Shown one piece after another: positions 27,838-38,055 of a stretch of DNA of 64,000 nt. The DNA lies in IMG/VR virus record IMGVR_UViG_3300046543_000266, positions 124,001 to 188,000 of that record; one strand, 5' to 3'. How positions within the stretch are numbered: position 1 is the stretch's first letter; each line of letters begins with the position of its first letter. The translations under genes were made by a program, and so were the position numbers. Under the pieces are notes generated by a model. It saw only the letters and a list, made by a program, of their open reading frames with translations. It was not told the origin of the DNA and ran no database searches.

Positions 27838-29397
27838 TCAAGCGTTGACTGCTATGAGAACACCCTGCGGTCCGCGAATCACAGTGTTCCCGTTTGATCC
27901 GTCCTTCGAAGCGACGACGTTGCCGTTAGCCATCCGCTGACCAGGAGCTGACGCCGTGCCATTGTTAGGTTTCCCGTTGGGCTGCGTGGTCGCCCCGTTC
28001 TGCATCGCTACCTGTGCGTCTGGAAGTGACGACGTCGCACCCTGCGGATACTGCGTATTGTTTGCCAGCTGGACCAGCGATGCCTTTTCTGATTCGGCAC
28101 GCTTACGCAAACCTCCCCACAGCGTAGGGCTCTTCGAGAACAGCTTCTCGGTGTTCGCGTATTTGTAGTCCTGGATAGCAGCGACGATCTGAGCGTCTGT
28201 CCACTTCTGCCAGTCCTGACCAGCCAGCGCTCCCTGCACGACCTTCAGAGTTAGGCCACGCATCTGCACAGCCGTCGACCAGATGTTATCCTGTACCGCT
28301 GGACCACGGTCGCTGAAGTCGAAGCCCGCCTGTTTCAAGCGGCGCATCTGCACATCGTAATACTGACCCTTGATGAAGTCGTGCTGTGCCTGTCCAAACG
28401 CTGGATCCTTTGCCAGTTCCTTCCACTTGGCATTAAACGCATCCGTGGCTGGAACCAGACCTTCGAACTCCTTACCGTATGGCGTGTTCTTCAGGAACTC
28501 CTGCACACCACCGGTCTTCGAGCTGAACTGATAGATACCGTAGGACACACCACCCAAGTCGCCAGCGCCGGACGAGATAGTGCCAGCACCACCTGAACCA
28601 GACTCGAAGCGCTTGGACGTCTGACCGAGACTCCAGGCACCACTCTGCGTGATTGCACGAATAGGAGCACCCGCTTCGCCTGGAGCTCCGGCCGCGATAG
28701 GGGCTCCGGCCATGCCTTCCATGCGAACAGGACTTTCCAGCAGTGCATCCGCTTGATCAGCGAGATTGCTCTTATCCGCATTGGCATCTTTCAGTGAATC
28801 CTTGTTACCCTTGAAGAACATGTCCCATGCCGCGTAACCAAGGACCGCAGCACCACCCAAGACTACGATAACCGGCCACAGTTCAGGGTTCAGGCCGATG
28901 AAGCCCAACACTTCCATGAGCACTGGACGCACCAACCATTCGACCATACCCATCATGCCGCGTACGATAACCTCTTTGACTATCCACTTCACGAAGCGAA
29001 ACACTGCGCGCACTGCCGTCTTGACCACCCATTTCACGATCTTCTTCAGCGCCCACTTGGTAACGCGTTTCAGCAGACTGTCGCCTTGGCGTACTCGCTT
29101 GGCTTCAGCTTCATCAGCATCGGCCTCTTCGTCCAATCGCGACTGGATGAACGCTTCCTTGGCTGCTGCCTGTACTCGTTCCCAGTCAGCTTGCTCGTCA
29201 TCGTGATTAGCGAAGTGCGTAACCACACCCTGGAAGGTCCAGGCCATGTAGTCACGCTTCTCCTGCTCGCGAGGTACGATAACCTTGTCGATAAATGACG
29301 ACAGGTCCATAAACGACTTGGGGTTATCGACCGCAGTGCTGTCTTCCTTCGGTTCTCTGAAGGGCACCAGAGCCGTTGCGTCCGTCAGAGTAACCAT
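27838..29397 (-). CDS. Tail-associated peptidoglycan hydrolase (VgrG3-C-terminal-like lysozyme) with hydrophobic N-terminal region
   Basis: LGQTSKRFESG..GAGTISSG.GD.GGVSYGIYQFSSKTG, AQHDFIK..YY, WSTAVQ. Confidence 0.7.
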   Translation of the reverse strand: MVTLTDATALVPFREPKEDSTAVDNPKSFMDLSSFIDKVIVPREQEKRDYMAWTFQGVVTHFANHDDEQADWERVQAAAKEAFIQSRLDEEADADEAEAKRVRQGDSLLKRVTKWALKKIVKWVVKTAVRAVFRFVKWIVKEVIVRGMMGMVEWLVRPVLMEVLGFIGLNPELWPVIVVLGGAAVLGYAAWDMFFKGNKDSLKDANADKSNLADQADALLESPVRMEGMAGAPIAAGAPGEAGAPIRAITQSGAWSLGQTSKRFESGSGGAGTISSGAGDLGGVSYGIYQFSSKTGGVQEFLKNTPYGKEFEGLVPATDAFNAKWKELAKDPAFGQAQHDFIKGQYYDVQMRRLKQAGFDFSDRGPAVQDNIWSTAVQMRGLTLKVVQGALAGQDWQKWTDAQIVAAIQDYKYANTEKLFSKSPTLWGGLRKRAESEKASLVQLANNTQYPQGATSSLPDAQVAMQNGATTQPNGKPNNGTASAPGQRMANGNVVASKDGSNGNTVIRGPQGVLIAVNA

Positions 29398-29398
29398 A

Positions 29399-31315
29399 TT
29401 AGTTCACGAGGAAAGTAGAGTTCATCAACGGCAGACTATCATCAATGCCTGACTGGAAGCCGAAGCTTGACCCACCAATCTTCGGTGAGCCTACACCCGG
29501 AGCGTTGCTACCAGTTCCAGCCGGACCACTCGGCGAGCTGGCTCCCGGTGGGGGAGTGGATGTTCCCGGATTTACCTTGACGGTAGTGCCCGGATTCGAC
29601 ACCGTCGAGTTGGTGATGCTACCGGCATTGGCCTGATTGTTGACGGTCGAGCGGTTGCCTCCGACGTTAGCACTCGACGACGCGGTCACCGTAGTGTTGG
29701 CGTTGACGCTGGTAGTGTTGGAGTTGCCACCCTTGTTCGCATAGTAGCTCGGATTGCTCGTGGCGTTGGCTACGTCGCTCTTCACCACGTTCTCATCACC
29801 GAGCTTGATGCCAAAGAAGTTGCCGATCTTCGACTGCCACGACTGATGCGCACCCGGATCTTTGGCTTCCGGTAGCTTGGCTCCAGGATGCTGGTCCTTC
29901 AAGCCCGCGTCCATCTTTGCCAGTTCAGCCTGTACCTTCGGATCTTGTAAGCGCTGCGCGTTGGACTTGGTGAGCTTGGCACCACCGTGATCCTTGGCTG
30001 CGTCTACTTCAGGCTGCTCGATCTTCTTGTTGAGCCCGAGCTTCTCGAGAACCCAATCAATGATCGTCTTGCCCTGATCCTTCATGTACTCCCACGAAGA
30101 GACCGCCATCTTCTTGATGTTATCCCATGTGAGGATCTTCTGAACCGTTTCCGCCAATCCAGTGAACAACTGCGGGTCCATGATCATGGCGGCCAACACA
30201 CCACCCAGACCCTTCAGCCATGAACTAGTGTCGTCCTTCTCCTTCTTGGACTTCTTGCCTGAAGACTTATCGCCGAACTCATTCTTCAGGGCGCGGGCGA
30301 CGGCGTTGGCATTCTCTTCAGCCTTATCCGACTCACCACTCTTGTGACCGTTCGGGTTAGCCAGGAAGTCCATCAGCTGTTTGTACAGCGACGTCTGGTC
30401 GTTAGCCGCAGTGGTGATCGCAGCTTCCGTATTCGGAGACAGCGACACCACGTCTGCACCCTTGACGGTACTGCCCTGAGTAGCAGTGTTGCCCGTCGGC
30501 ATATCGATGACGTCGGCTGCCGGAGCACGATCACTTTCGCGATTGCCGCCAACCAACGACATCGCACGATTCAGCACCGAAGGCTGTTCTGCTAGGTGCC
30601 AGTCGTTGCTCTGATACGGGACCAGCGAGTTACCACCCGAAGGTCCCGACAGAAGCGGGGTATTGGCGTGATGTCCAATCTCGCCGTTCCCCATCGCAGT
30701 GCGTTCCCGCTTGATGGACGCCGCCAGATCGCGCAACGTGTGTTGAAACACGTCGGCAATGCTTTCCAGCAGATCCTTCTTGCGAGTAACCCATCGAGCG
30801 TCGTCGCGCGCCATCAGCTCGTCGACCATAATGTCCTGCGCAGTCAGAACATCATCCACACTTGCCGGATCTGCCTGTTTGCGCGGGGCCACCATGTTCT
30901 GGAAGTCCGTGAGCTTCGTGCCGATCACGCGCTCGATCTCTTCGGACTGTTCCAGGTTACTGAGCTCGACCACATCCTGGATCTGATGCAACAGATCAGG
31001 GAATGCGTCGGCAAGCGCCTTGTTCAGGGCTTGCTCGTAGGCCGTGAGTTGCGCGCCGCCACCGTCGTCAGCGCCGTGAAGCTTTTCATACTGTGCTTCG
31101 AACTTCTTGGCACTGACTTCGGCAGCGCTGATCGCCTGATCGAACACCTGCTTCGCCAGTCCACTCAACCCGTTGAGCGCGGTACTAACCGCCTTCACAT
31201 CGGATGCGCTGGCAACTCCCTTTGCGATGTTCTGCAACGAGAGGCCCGCCTTGTGTTCCAGCGAAGCCCACTTCTTTTTCTCTGCGTCACTACGAAAAGC
31301 GGCCATAGTAATCAA
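29399..31315 (-). CDS. Tape-measure-like / tail-associated coiled-coil protein
   Basis: Helical N-terminus, hydrophobic segment, low-complexity C-terminus; lies between the chaperone and lysozyme genes. Confidence 0.4.
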   Translation of the reverse strand: MITMAAFRSDAEKKKWASLEHKAGLSLQNIAKGVASASDVKAVSTALNGLSGLAKQVFDQAISAAEVSAKKFEAQYEKLHGADDGGGAQLTAYEQALNKALADAFPDLLHQIQDVVELSNLEQSEEIERVIGTKLTDFQNMVAPRKQADPASVDDVLTAQDIMVDELMARDDARWVTRKKDLLESIADVFQHTLRDLAASIKRERTAMGNGEIGHHANTPLLSGPSGGNSLVPYQSNDWHLAEQPSVLNRAMSLVGGNRESDRAPAADVIDMPTGNTATQGSTVKGADVVSLSPNTEAAITTAANDQTSLYKQLMDFLANPNGHKSGESDKAEENANAVARALKNEFGDKSSGKKSKKEKDDTSSWLKGLGGVLAAMIMDPQLFTGLAETVQKILTWDNIKKMAVSSWEYMKDQGKTIIDWVLEKLGLNKKIEQPEVDAAKDHGGAKLTKSNAQRLQDPKVQAELAKMDAGLKDQHPGAKLPEAKDPGAHQSWQSKIGNFFGIKLGDENVVKSDVANATSNPSYYANKGGNSNTTSVNANTTVTASSSANVGGNRSTVNNQANAGSITNSTVSNPGTTVKVNPGTSTPPPGASSPSGPAGTGSNAPGVGSPKIGGSSFGFQSGIDDSLPLMNSTFLVN

Positions 31316-31506
31316 CCTGTGTAGATCATTCCATTGCGTGCAGCATCGATGCGCTCGTCACGACGTTTCTGAGCATACTCCGAATACTGCTGGAACCGAT
31401 AAAGCGGCATTTCGTCAGATGGATCAAAACCGAATTCCGAAGCTATCAGAAAGTAGCGGTCCTTGACGTCAGCCGCGCTTGTCAGGGGAAAGAAACGAGA
31501 ACGCAT
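31312..31506 (-). CDS. Short tail/baseplate assembly chaperone segment (gp51-like or frameshift extension)
   Basis: KDRYFLIASEFGFDPSDEMPLYRFQQYSEYAQKRRDE; +1 frame overlap with 31469..32734 and ATGA coupling to the next gene. Confidence 0.55.
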   Translation of the reverse strand: MRSRFFPLTSAADVKDRYFLIASEFGFDPSDEMPLYRFQQYSEYAQKRRDERIDAARNGMIYTG

Positions 31507-32734
31507 CGAGGATGAGCTTACTCTTCCTCGATGCGCCACACCCCTTGCACGTAACAACGACTTCTTCATCAACACCGTAAGTGCCAATGGCCTGTTCATA
31601 GTCTTGCAGCAGCTGAACTTGGTCTGCGGTTGCTTCCCCGACGATATCCACGCGCACGGCCAGCGTGAGCAGGAGTTCCTGATGCTGGATATGCGACGCC
31701 ATCTGAGCCAGATACGCAAACTCGGTACGGGTAGCCTTGTCCTGCATCTGCGGCGCATCCTGGAACTCGATGACATCGCGCATGGTAGGCGGGCGGAAGA
31801 ACATCGCCGAGGTATCGCTGAAGTGGTAGTGTTCCGGATTCGGGATTTCTTCCAGCTCCTTAACTACCATCGTGGATTGACGAATGATCTCGGCAATCTG
31901 CAGCGAGTCTTCCGGCAGGACTTGCGACTGGATGAGGTCGAACTGCTCCTGGGACATTTCGCCAGCAGCGACCGCGGCAGCGTACTGTTCCAGCTTGTAG
32001 CCGTCCTCGACGCGCTTCATGTGCGCTTCGTTGTTACACGTCGTCTTGTGCGTGTAGTTCGACTTCGTGAAGCTATTCAGACGCAGCCAATACAGCACGA
32101 AGTAGAAGTCCGGCAGGGTCAGGTCGAATGCGACAGCCGAATGTCCAGGCGTGGTCGTCATCAGAATCGATGACACGGCTTCCACCAGCGGAAGCAGTGA
32201 CTGTTCACGGTGCGCGCGTTGCAGCTTCGCCAGATGCTTGGCACGAAACGGCGAGGCGTACAGATCCTTGAAGTTGTAGAAGGCGAAGCGCGAAGGCAGT
32301 GCCAGCGACGTACCTTCCGGTTCAGCGATCGCGTTCGTGAATCCAGGCATTTCCACCGGAACCGTCGGCGCGCTCACTTGAGCTTGTCCAGCAGGGACGC
32401 CGTTGAACGACATTCCCATCGGATTGGGTTGCGGAGCCTGACGAGGAGCTTGCGGCTGATCGTCAAGCACCGGCTGCATCATCGGGCGACGTTGCAGCTG
32501 CGGCGCGTGTTGCGCTTGCGGGGCTGCCTGAGGTTGCGGCTGTGCCGTAGGTTGATGCGGCGTCTGACCTACCTTCGTCATCTGCTGAGGTGCCTGAGGA
32601 TGTGCCTTGGGCGGCGTCATGAAGTGAGCAGTCGACGCAGAACGCGCATCGACCTTCTTCTGGATCGCTTCCTGCCGCTCACGTGGGAACTCCATCGTGG
32701 TGGTGGAATGGATCGTGGTGTTGTTACCACTCAT
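31469..32734 (-). CDS. Baseplate hub assembly / tail assembly chaperone (T4 gp26/gp51-like)
   Basis: LALPSR..FY, DLTLPDFYFVLYWLRLNSF, terminal CKGCG; Gln/Pro-rich disordered N-terminus. Confidence 0.6.
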   Translation of the reverse strand: MSGNNTTIHSTTTMEFPRERQEAIQKKVDARSASTAHFMTPPKAHPQAPQQMTKVGQTPHQPTAQPQPQAAPQAQHAPQLQRRPMMQPVLDDQPQAPRQAPQPNPMGMSFNGVPAGQAQVSAPTVPVEMPGFTNAIAEPEGTSLALPSRFAFYNFKDLYASPFRAKHLAKLQRAHREQSLLPLVEAVSSILMTTTPGHSAVAFDLTLPDFYFVLYWLRLNSFTKSNYTHKTTCNNEAHMKRVEDGYKLEQYAAAVAAGEMSQEQFDLIQSQVLPEDSLQIAEIIRQSTMVVKELEEIPNPEHYHFSDTSAMFFRPPTMRDVIEFQDAPQMQDKATRTEFAYLAQMASHIQHQELLLTLAVRVDIVGEATADQVQLLQDYEQAIGTYGVDEEVVVTCKGCGASRKSKLILDAFSFLSPDKRG

Positions 32735-32771
32735 CGTTTACTCCTAGGTTGGGAAGGGTATTGCTTTGTGT

Positions 32772-33971
32772 TTATATCGTCGGTTGATACAGCGACGACG
32801 AGCCGGGCAACGGCAGATTATTGGCAAGGAAGTCAGTAGCACTGGACAGCATATGCGAACCGCTGCTGATCAGATCACCGACGTTACCAACTCCACTACC
32901 GATTAGATTCGTCAGCGCGTTGCTACTAAGGTTGGACGCAATCGCCGAAGTGAGGTCCGGGTTGACATCCATGACATTGATGAACACGTCGCCAACACTG
33001 AACGTCACGTGGTTGACTAGGCGCTCGCTGCTGTTGCTACCCATCTGGTAGGTGTCTACCGAGATAGGCCAGCACTCGGTGTACTGCACGATGGCGATAA
33101 CGCTCTTGGTGACATCCAGCAAGTAGATATAGATCGGCTTCTTGTAGTCAGACGGGCGACCCCATCCACCAGCGAGCTGTCCAGCAGTTGCCGCGCTGAA
33201 TGGCGTGAGCACTGCGTTGTTCCAGGCTTGCAGGTACTTCAACGAAGTGTTGGAGCTGTCCGCGTAGACCGCCAGACGAAGCGTATCCACAGAATACTTA
33301 TCCGGGTAGTTGCGGTCGCGACCTTCACGGAAGATGGCCTTCGACGCGAACTGGCGGAAAGGCATAGTAGCCTCTTCCACGAAGTACCACGGAAGTTGCG
33401 CTGCTTGGCTAGTGGACACAGCGCCGCCCATAGCCGAAGACAGAGCGCCACCGACACCGCTGAGTGCGCTGCTCGCAAGACTAGCCAGCACTCCAGCGCT
33501 CGCGCCAGATGCGGTCTGCGTCGTGCCGGGGCTGATGACTGGGAGCTGAGCGTACCATGTGAACGACATCAGCGGATCTGGACGTGCGGAGATACCAGCC
33601 AACGGATTGCCGGGGTCTGCGCCACCGATGCTGCTCATAGCACTGAAAGTGCCAGGACTCTGCAGAGTTGCTGACGGGGCGAAGCCACCTAGGCCAGACA
33701 ATGCTGAATCGAAAATCTTGGAGGGTGCGTTGAGTATGGAACCAACTGCACCGCTGACGTTGCCTGTGAGTAAGCTACCGACTGCACCTGTTACGGCGCC
33801 AATACCGGTCTTAACCACATTATTTACTGTGCCGCTGACTGCGGAACTAGCGTTGTTCTTGACGTTGGTGACAGCGCCTTTGACGCCCTGCTTGAGCGCG
33901 TTGACCTGCCCCTTCGTGTTCACGTGAATCTGTTGCTCGGCGTTGGATATTGCGTCGGAAAGAAAGCTCAT
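32772..33971 (-). CDS. Tail-tube-fold protein (gp19/gp54-like)
   Basis: Start moved to ATG 33971. DPLMSFTW, EATMPF, L.AW...V, YKK.I.IYLLD, Y..CWPISV. Confidence 0.6.
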   Translation of the reverse strand: MSFLSDAISNAEQQIHVNTKGQVNALKQGVKGAVTNVKNNASSAVSGTVNNVVKTGIGAVTGAVGSLLTGNVSGAVGSILNAPSKIFDSALSGLGGFAPSATLQSPGTFSAMSSIGGADPGNPLAGISARPDPLMSFTWYAQLPVISPGTTQTASGASAGVLASLASSALSGVGGALSSAMGGAVSTSQAAQLPWYFVEEATMPFRQFASKAIFREGRDRNYPDKYSVDTLRLAVYADSSNTSLKYLQAWNNAVLTPFSAATAGQLAGGWGRPSDYKKPIYIYLLDVTKSVIAIVQYTECWPISVDTYQMGSNSSERLVNHVTFSVGDVFINVMDVNPDLTSAIASNLSSNALTNLIGSGVGNVGDLISSGSHMLSSATDFLANNLPLPGSSSLYQPTI

Positions 33972-34210
33972 GATTGGCACGCCCGTAAGGAGGCACCAAG
34001 AGTGGATTAGCTGACGGTTGAACCTCAAGAGTCAGCTGAACTCTTGGGTAAAGAGGAAAAGAGGAAAAGAGGGGACGCGAGACTCGAACTCGTTTTGATC
34101 GTCCCCCAAACCACAATGCAGTGTGTCACCCTTCCCACAAGTTTGAACCCACTGCACGTCGTCGAGTATGCGATACTGATGCTATTAAATTGGGGCTACT
34201 GGTGCCGTGC

Positions 34211-34906
34211 TTAGATCAGATGCACGTCATCGACAGTGAACGCCGGGAGGTCCGCAGTCTTCGTAGCGTTGCCAATCTGATCACGGAGCTTCTGGTATGC
34301 GGCAAGCAACGTCGCGTATTTGTCGTTGTACGCGTTCGACTTGGCGATGATCGAAGCCGCCAGATAGGAGACTTCGATACCGCGTGCGGTTGCCAGCGTG
34401 GACAACAGATGCGAAGCGGGTTGTCCGTCGATGACTGCGTGTGCGTCGACGACTTGCTGCTTCCACGAGGCTTGCTCGGACTTCGTGTAACCTGACGACA
34501 GCGCGTAGACTGCTTCGTCGAAGTCCATGGCGGCACGCGCATACGCTGCAGACTGCTGACTGGCGATCGGTGCGTTGATCAGGTCAGCACCGACTTGCCA
34601 CGCGTTGCCAGTCCAGTAAACTACCAGTCCGGTGCCGAGTACCATCGGCGGTTCCCACGGCGTGCTGTTGTCGGGTTGCGCTGCGTCGGCGTCGAGCTCG
34701 ACACTGGTATCGTACACGGTCAGTGCGCCAACGCCCGAAGCCTTGAACAGATACCACGTTTTCTTGGCGGGCGCTGCCGGAGTTTCTTCGACAGTCGGAG
34801 CGGGTTCTTCAGCAGGAACGCCGGTCTGGATGTTGATGGTTGCATCCGGCTCGATCGTTTCAACCGTCGTCGGTTGTTCAGGAAGGGTGTCTTGAGTGTC
34901 GGACAT
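34211..34906 (-). CDS. Tail fibre assembly-like protein
   Basis: STPWEPP....LVVYWTGNAWQ, YT..EQASW.QQ..DA, LA.ARGI....LA..II.K pattern. Confidence 0.6.
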   Translation of the reverse strand: MSDTQDTLPEQPTTVETIEPDATINIQTGVPAEEPAPTVEETPAAPAKKTWYLFKASGVGALTVYDTSVELDADAAQPDNSTPWEPPMVLGTGLVVYWTGNAWQVGADLINAPIASQQSAAYARAAMDFDEAVYALSSGYTKSEQASWKQQVVDAHAVIDGQPASHLLSTLATARGIEVSYLAASIIAKSNAYNDKYATLLAAYQKLRDQIGNATKTADLPAFTVDDVHLI

Positions 34907-34910
34907 GTTG

Positions 34911-35399
34911 TTAAGACCAGATGAGTGTGAGTGCGGGGTCGACCGGGATGTAGCCGTTAGGAGCCGGCCGATCGAGCGAGATGGTATCCGGACACGGACG
35001 ACCCTGCTCTGGCAGGTAATAGCCGTTGTCGTGAGCCTCGTCGGGAGCGATCATCTGCACGTTCTTCGTCGCAACGTACAGATCGCGCTGAACTTCCAGT
35101 GTCGTGCCTTCGGGAGCTACCGGCCAGTCCGCGTTCGTGCGGTACACCAACCATTCAGTGGTCAGCGTCGGGATCATCACACGACGCATACCAATGGCTT
35201 CCAGCAGTTGATCCGGTTTGTCGCTTTGACACACCAGAACAACCTCGTCGTACCGTTCCTTGCGCGCCACATCCATAAGCATGATGCAGTCACGCAGGAG
35301 TTGCGCTTCGACTTGCGGCGTGTACTCGTCGAAAAGCGCACCAAAATATTTACGCTTCGGTGCGGTCACTGGTTGATCGTTCGGGATATGCGTATCCAC
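34911..35399 (-). CDS. Hypothetical protein
   Basis: SD ggagt; fits the operon. Confidence 0.55.
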   Translation of the reverse strand: MDTHIPNDQPVTAPKRKYFGALFDEYTPQVEAQLLRDCIMLMDVARKERYDEVVLVCQSDKPDQLLEAIGMRRVMIPTLTTEWLVYRTNADWPVAPEGTTLEVQRDLYVATKNVQMIAPDEAHDNGYYLPEQGRPCPDTISLDRPAPNGYIPVDPALTLIWS

Positions 35400-35400
35400 G

Positions 35401-35658
35401 TCAGACTCCCTTAGCGAGCTTGTCGGCTTGCTGCTTGGTTAGGGTGTGAACCTTGGTAGGTTCACCCTTGAAGATAAGCCGGATGTCCGTGCCGTTGACG
35501 GAAGGGCGCACGCCGAAGCGCATACCCTTTTCAACGACTACCGTCTTGCCACGGAAATCCAACTTGACCGGACGAGCTCCCTTGTAAGAAAACCACTGAT
35601 AGGCCGTTTCGGGCTTGATTGCGGCAGTAACAGGTTTGCTGATCAGGAATGAATACAT
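35401..35658 (-). CDS. Small basic hypothetical protein
   Basis: SD aagga; operon-packed. Confidence 0.6.
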   Translation of the reverse strand: MYSFLISKPVTAAIKPETAYQWFSYKGARPVKLDFRGKTVVVEKGMRFGVRPSVNGTDIRLIFKGEPTKVHTLTKQQADKLAKGV

Positions 35659-35667
35659 AGAGCATCC

Positions 35668-37572
35668 TTACATCGGGAGTGTTGTACGACCGAGCTTTTC
35701 TTTGTTGCGCTTCGCCAGTTCCAGGCGATAGTTCGGATCGCGGTCGGCTTTCGCTGCGATCTTGATGATCCGGCTGTTTGCTTCTGCCTTGGCACGCGGC
35801 TGGCTGATAGACGGGATGTGCTTGATCTTACCCGTCTTCGACAACGTCCAGCTGTCACCACTGTCGCCAAAGTCACGAGACAGCAACGGCTTCCGGTATC
35901 CACGTGAATGCGAAGCCGATTGTGTGGTCAGTTGACCAGCACTAGCACGTTCCAACAAGCGTGCGTGTTCCTGCTTGGCTTCTTCACGTGCGTCGACGCT
36001 ACCACCGAAGTCATCGTCGAACTCGTCAGTGCCGAAGTCGTCTTCACCTTCGTGGCTGGTGTCCTTGCCCGTGTACTTCTCGAGCTTCTTGCGGAGCTCG
36101 GCGTCTTCGTCCAAGTCACGCATCAGCGCATCCGGATCGATCTTCGCAGCAGCCATCCACATCTTCAGCGGGATAGGTACACCCTTGTCGGATGCTTGCT
36201 GAAGCAGTTCCGCCATGTTCTCTTCACCCTTCGCTTCCAACTCCTTATGCCAGTGAAGCTGCGGCATCTTCAGGTTGTTGCGATTGGTGCGGTTGAACAG
36301 GAAGTCAACAACACGGCCAGCCTCTGCGCGTTTGCTCGGATCCTTGTACAGATTGTTGGTAACGGCGACCAGCGGGAAGATCTTCGAGTAGAACACCCGT
36401 TCCGTCATGTCGGTACGGAAGCTGTTCATCGATTCCAGGAACGTGGAGTACGCCGACTCAGCCGAAGCGTAGCTGGCATCACCCGAAAGGAACGACTCCG
36501 AGATACCGAGTGCCCGCAGCTTGTAGGCAACCAGAATGTCGGCCATGTCGGTCCACTTCCAGAAGTCACCACCAGGACGCAGATCGGTTGCTTGCACGGC
36601 GTTACGTGTGGATACCCATCCGCCAAGCGGATCCATTTCCGCGCTCTGGAACTCCTGCACCAATGCGCCGAGCTCTTCGCCTGTCGGTGTCCACTGATCG
36701 TCACCTGCGGTCAAGTGGGTCATCGCGCGCTGACGACGTTGCGATTCAACCAACGTACCGCGGAACAGCGTCTTCTCGATGAGGTACATCGGGAGGATGC
36801 GGTGCAGGTACGAGGTGAAGGCCCGGTCCGTTGTCGAACGGCGCGGCACGAACAGCGTAGTCACCGGGTCTAGAGTGAATGCACCCGACTTCAGCATGTC
36901 AACGAACTGCGACGGCATCTGCTGCAGATAGCGGCGTGCGTACTCCGAGGTATCGTTGAGGAACTGCTGCGTTGACTGTCCAACCCGCACGTTGATCGTG
37001 GGGTCGATGTTGAAGAACGGCGAAGGCATCACGCTGCAGGACAGTGCGTCGTGCAGCAGAGTGTCCATGAACACCTTAGCCTTCGGATCGAACACCAAGC
37101 TTCCGGCGAAGAAGCCGTCCACAAGGTGCGTTGTCGAGATCAACGGCATCATCTGCTGAACGTTGAGGCGCTCCAGCGTTTCATTGAACGGGCGCAGTTC
37201 CTTTTCTTCCAGACCCCGCAGTTCCCAGCTTGAGAACGGGAAGTGCGCCTGAATGTCCACTGCGCTACCTGCCGTGTTATCGAACAGGTAGATGTCCCGA
37301 TACATCAGGGCCAGCGTGGAGGTGTCGACCAGATGCGGATCCGCCGGGATCAGGCCAGTCATGTAATACTGGTAGTTCGATTGCCAGAAGCCGTTGACGG
37401 ACATCGAGGCACCACCGGCACCGCTTCCACCACCGAACATCGACATGTTAGCGCTGACCTCTGACTTGCTGGCTTTACGCGAAGCGCGTGCGCTGATACC
37501 ATTTCCCTGGGAAGGAGGGGCCATGTTGAAGTTCTTGCCGTTCACACCCAGAATCTTTTGTTTGGCGAACAT
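35668..37572 (-). CDS. Putative portal protein
   Basis: 634 aa, near terL, helical with an acidic C-terminal tail. The call rests mainly on size and synteny. Confidence 0.5.
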   Translation of the reverse strand: MFAKQKILGVNGKNFNMAPPSQGNGISARASRKASKSEVSANMSMFGGGSGAGGASMSVNGFWQSNYQYYMTGLIPADPHLVDTSTLALMYRDIYLFDNTAGSAVDIQAHFPFSSWELRGLEEKELRPFNETLERLNVQQMMPLISTTHLVDGFFAGSLVFDPKAKVFMDTLLHDALSCSVMPSPFFNIDPTINVRVGQSTQQFLNDTSEYARRYLQQMPSQFVDMLKSGAFTLDPVTTLFVPRRSTTDRAFTSYLHRILPMYLIEKTLFRGTLVESQRRQRAMTHLTAGDDQWTPTGEELGALVQEFQSAEMDPLGGWVSTRNAVQATDLRPGGDFWKWTDMADILVAYKLRALGISESFLSGDASYASAESAYSTFLESMNSFRTDMTERVFYSKIFPLVAVTNNLYKDPSKRAEAGRVVDFLFNRTNRNNLKMPQLHWHKELEAKGEENMAELLQQASDKGVPIPLKMWMAAAKIDPDALMRDLDEDAELRKKLEKYTGKDTSHEGEDDFGTDEFDDDFGGSVDAREEAKQEHARLLERASAGQLTTQSASHSRGYRKPLLSRDFGDSGDSWTLSKTGKIKHIPSISQPRAKAEANSRIIKIAAKADRDPNYRLELAKRNKEKLGRTTLPM

Positions 37573-37581
37573 GTTGTTCCT

Positions 37582-38055
37582 TTATTTGGCCTTGCGATGT
37601 TTCGCAAACCGATTGAACTGCGCGTTGCGAAACGCCAGCCGGATTATCAGGTCGAGGTTGACTACGGCGTCGAGCTCACGGCGGAACGCGTACTTGGCAA
37701 CCTTGGACTTCAGCAGATTACGACCCATTCGATCAGTAGCCCGGCTGACCAGCAACACACCGACTCCGCGTGGAATGTCGTCCTTCACCTTAGCGTACAC
37801 GGCGGGCGACATGGCGAAGTAGAAGCGATTGCTCAACTCGACATAGTTGTGCCACTTCTTGTCTGCACGAAAATCGGCGACGCTCGACTTGACTTCTACG
37901 ATAGTAACATCGCCGGAGAAGCTCAAGCACAGCAGGTCAGCACGGAAACGACCGCCTCGACACAAGCCCATCTCTTCGTTGACTGCCATGCGCTTCTTGA
38001 CGAAGTATCGCGTGGCCGCAGTCTTGATCTCTGATGCAACCAGTGGTGTGCTCAT
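37582..38055 (-). CDS. mmcB: MmcB-family PD-(D/E)xK DNA repair endonuclease
   Basis: RADLLCL...GDVTIVEVKSSVADFRADKKWHNY....NRFYFA. Confidence 0.85.
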   Translation of the reverse strand: MSTPLVASEIKTAATRYFVKKRMAVNEEMGLCRGGRFRADLLCLSFSGDVTIVEVKSSVADFRADKKWHNYVELSNRFYFAMSPAVYAKVKDDIPRGVGVLLVSRATDRMGRNLLKSKVAKYAFRRELDAVVNLDLIIRLAFRNAQFNRFAKHRKAK

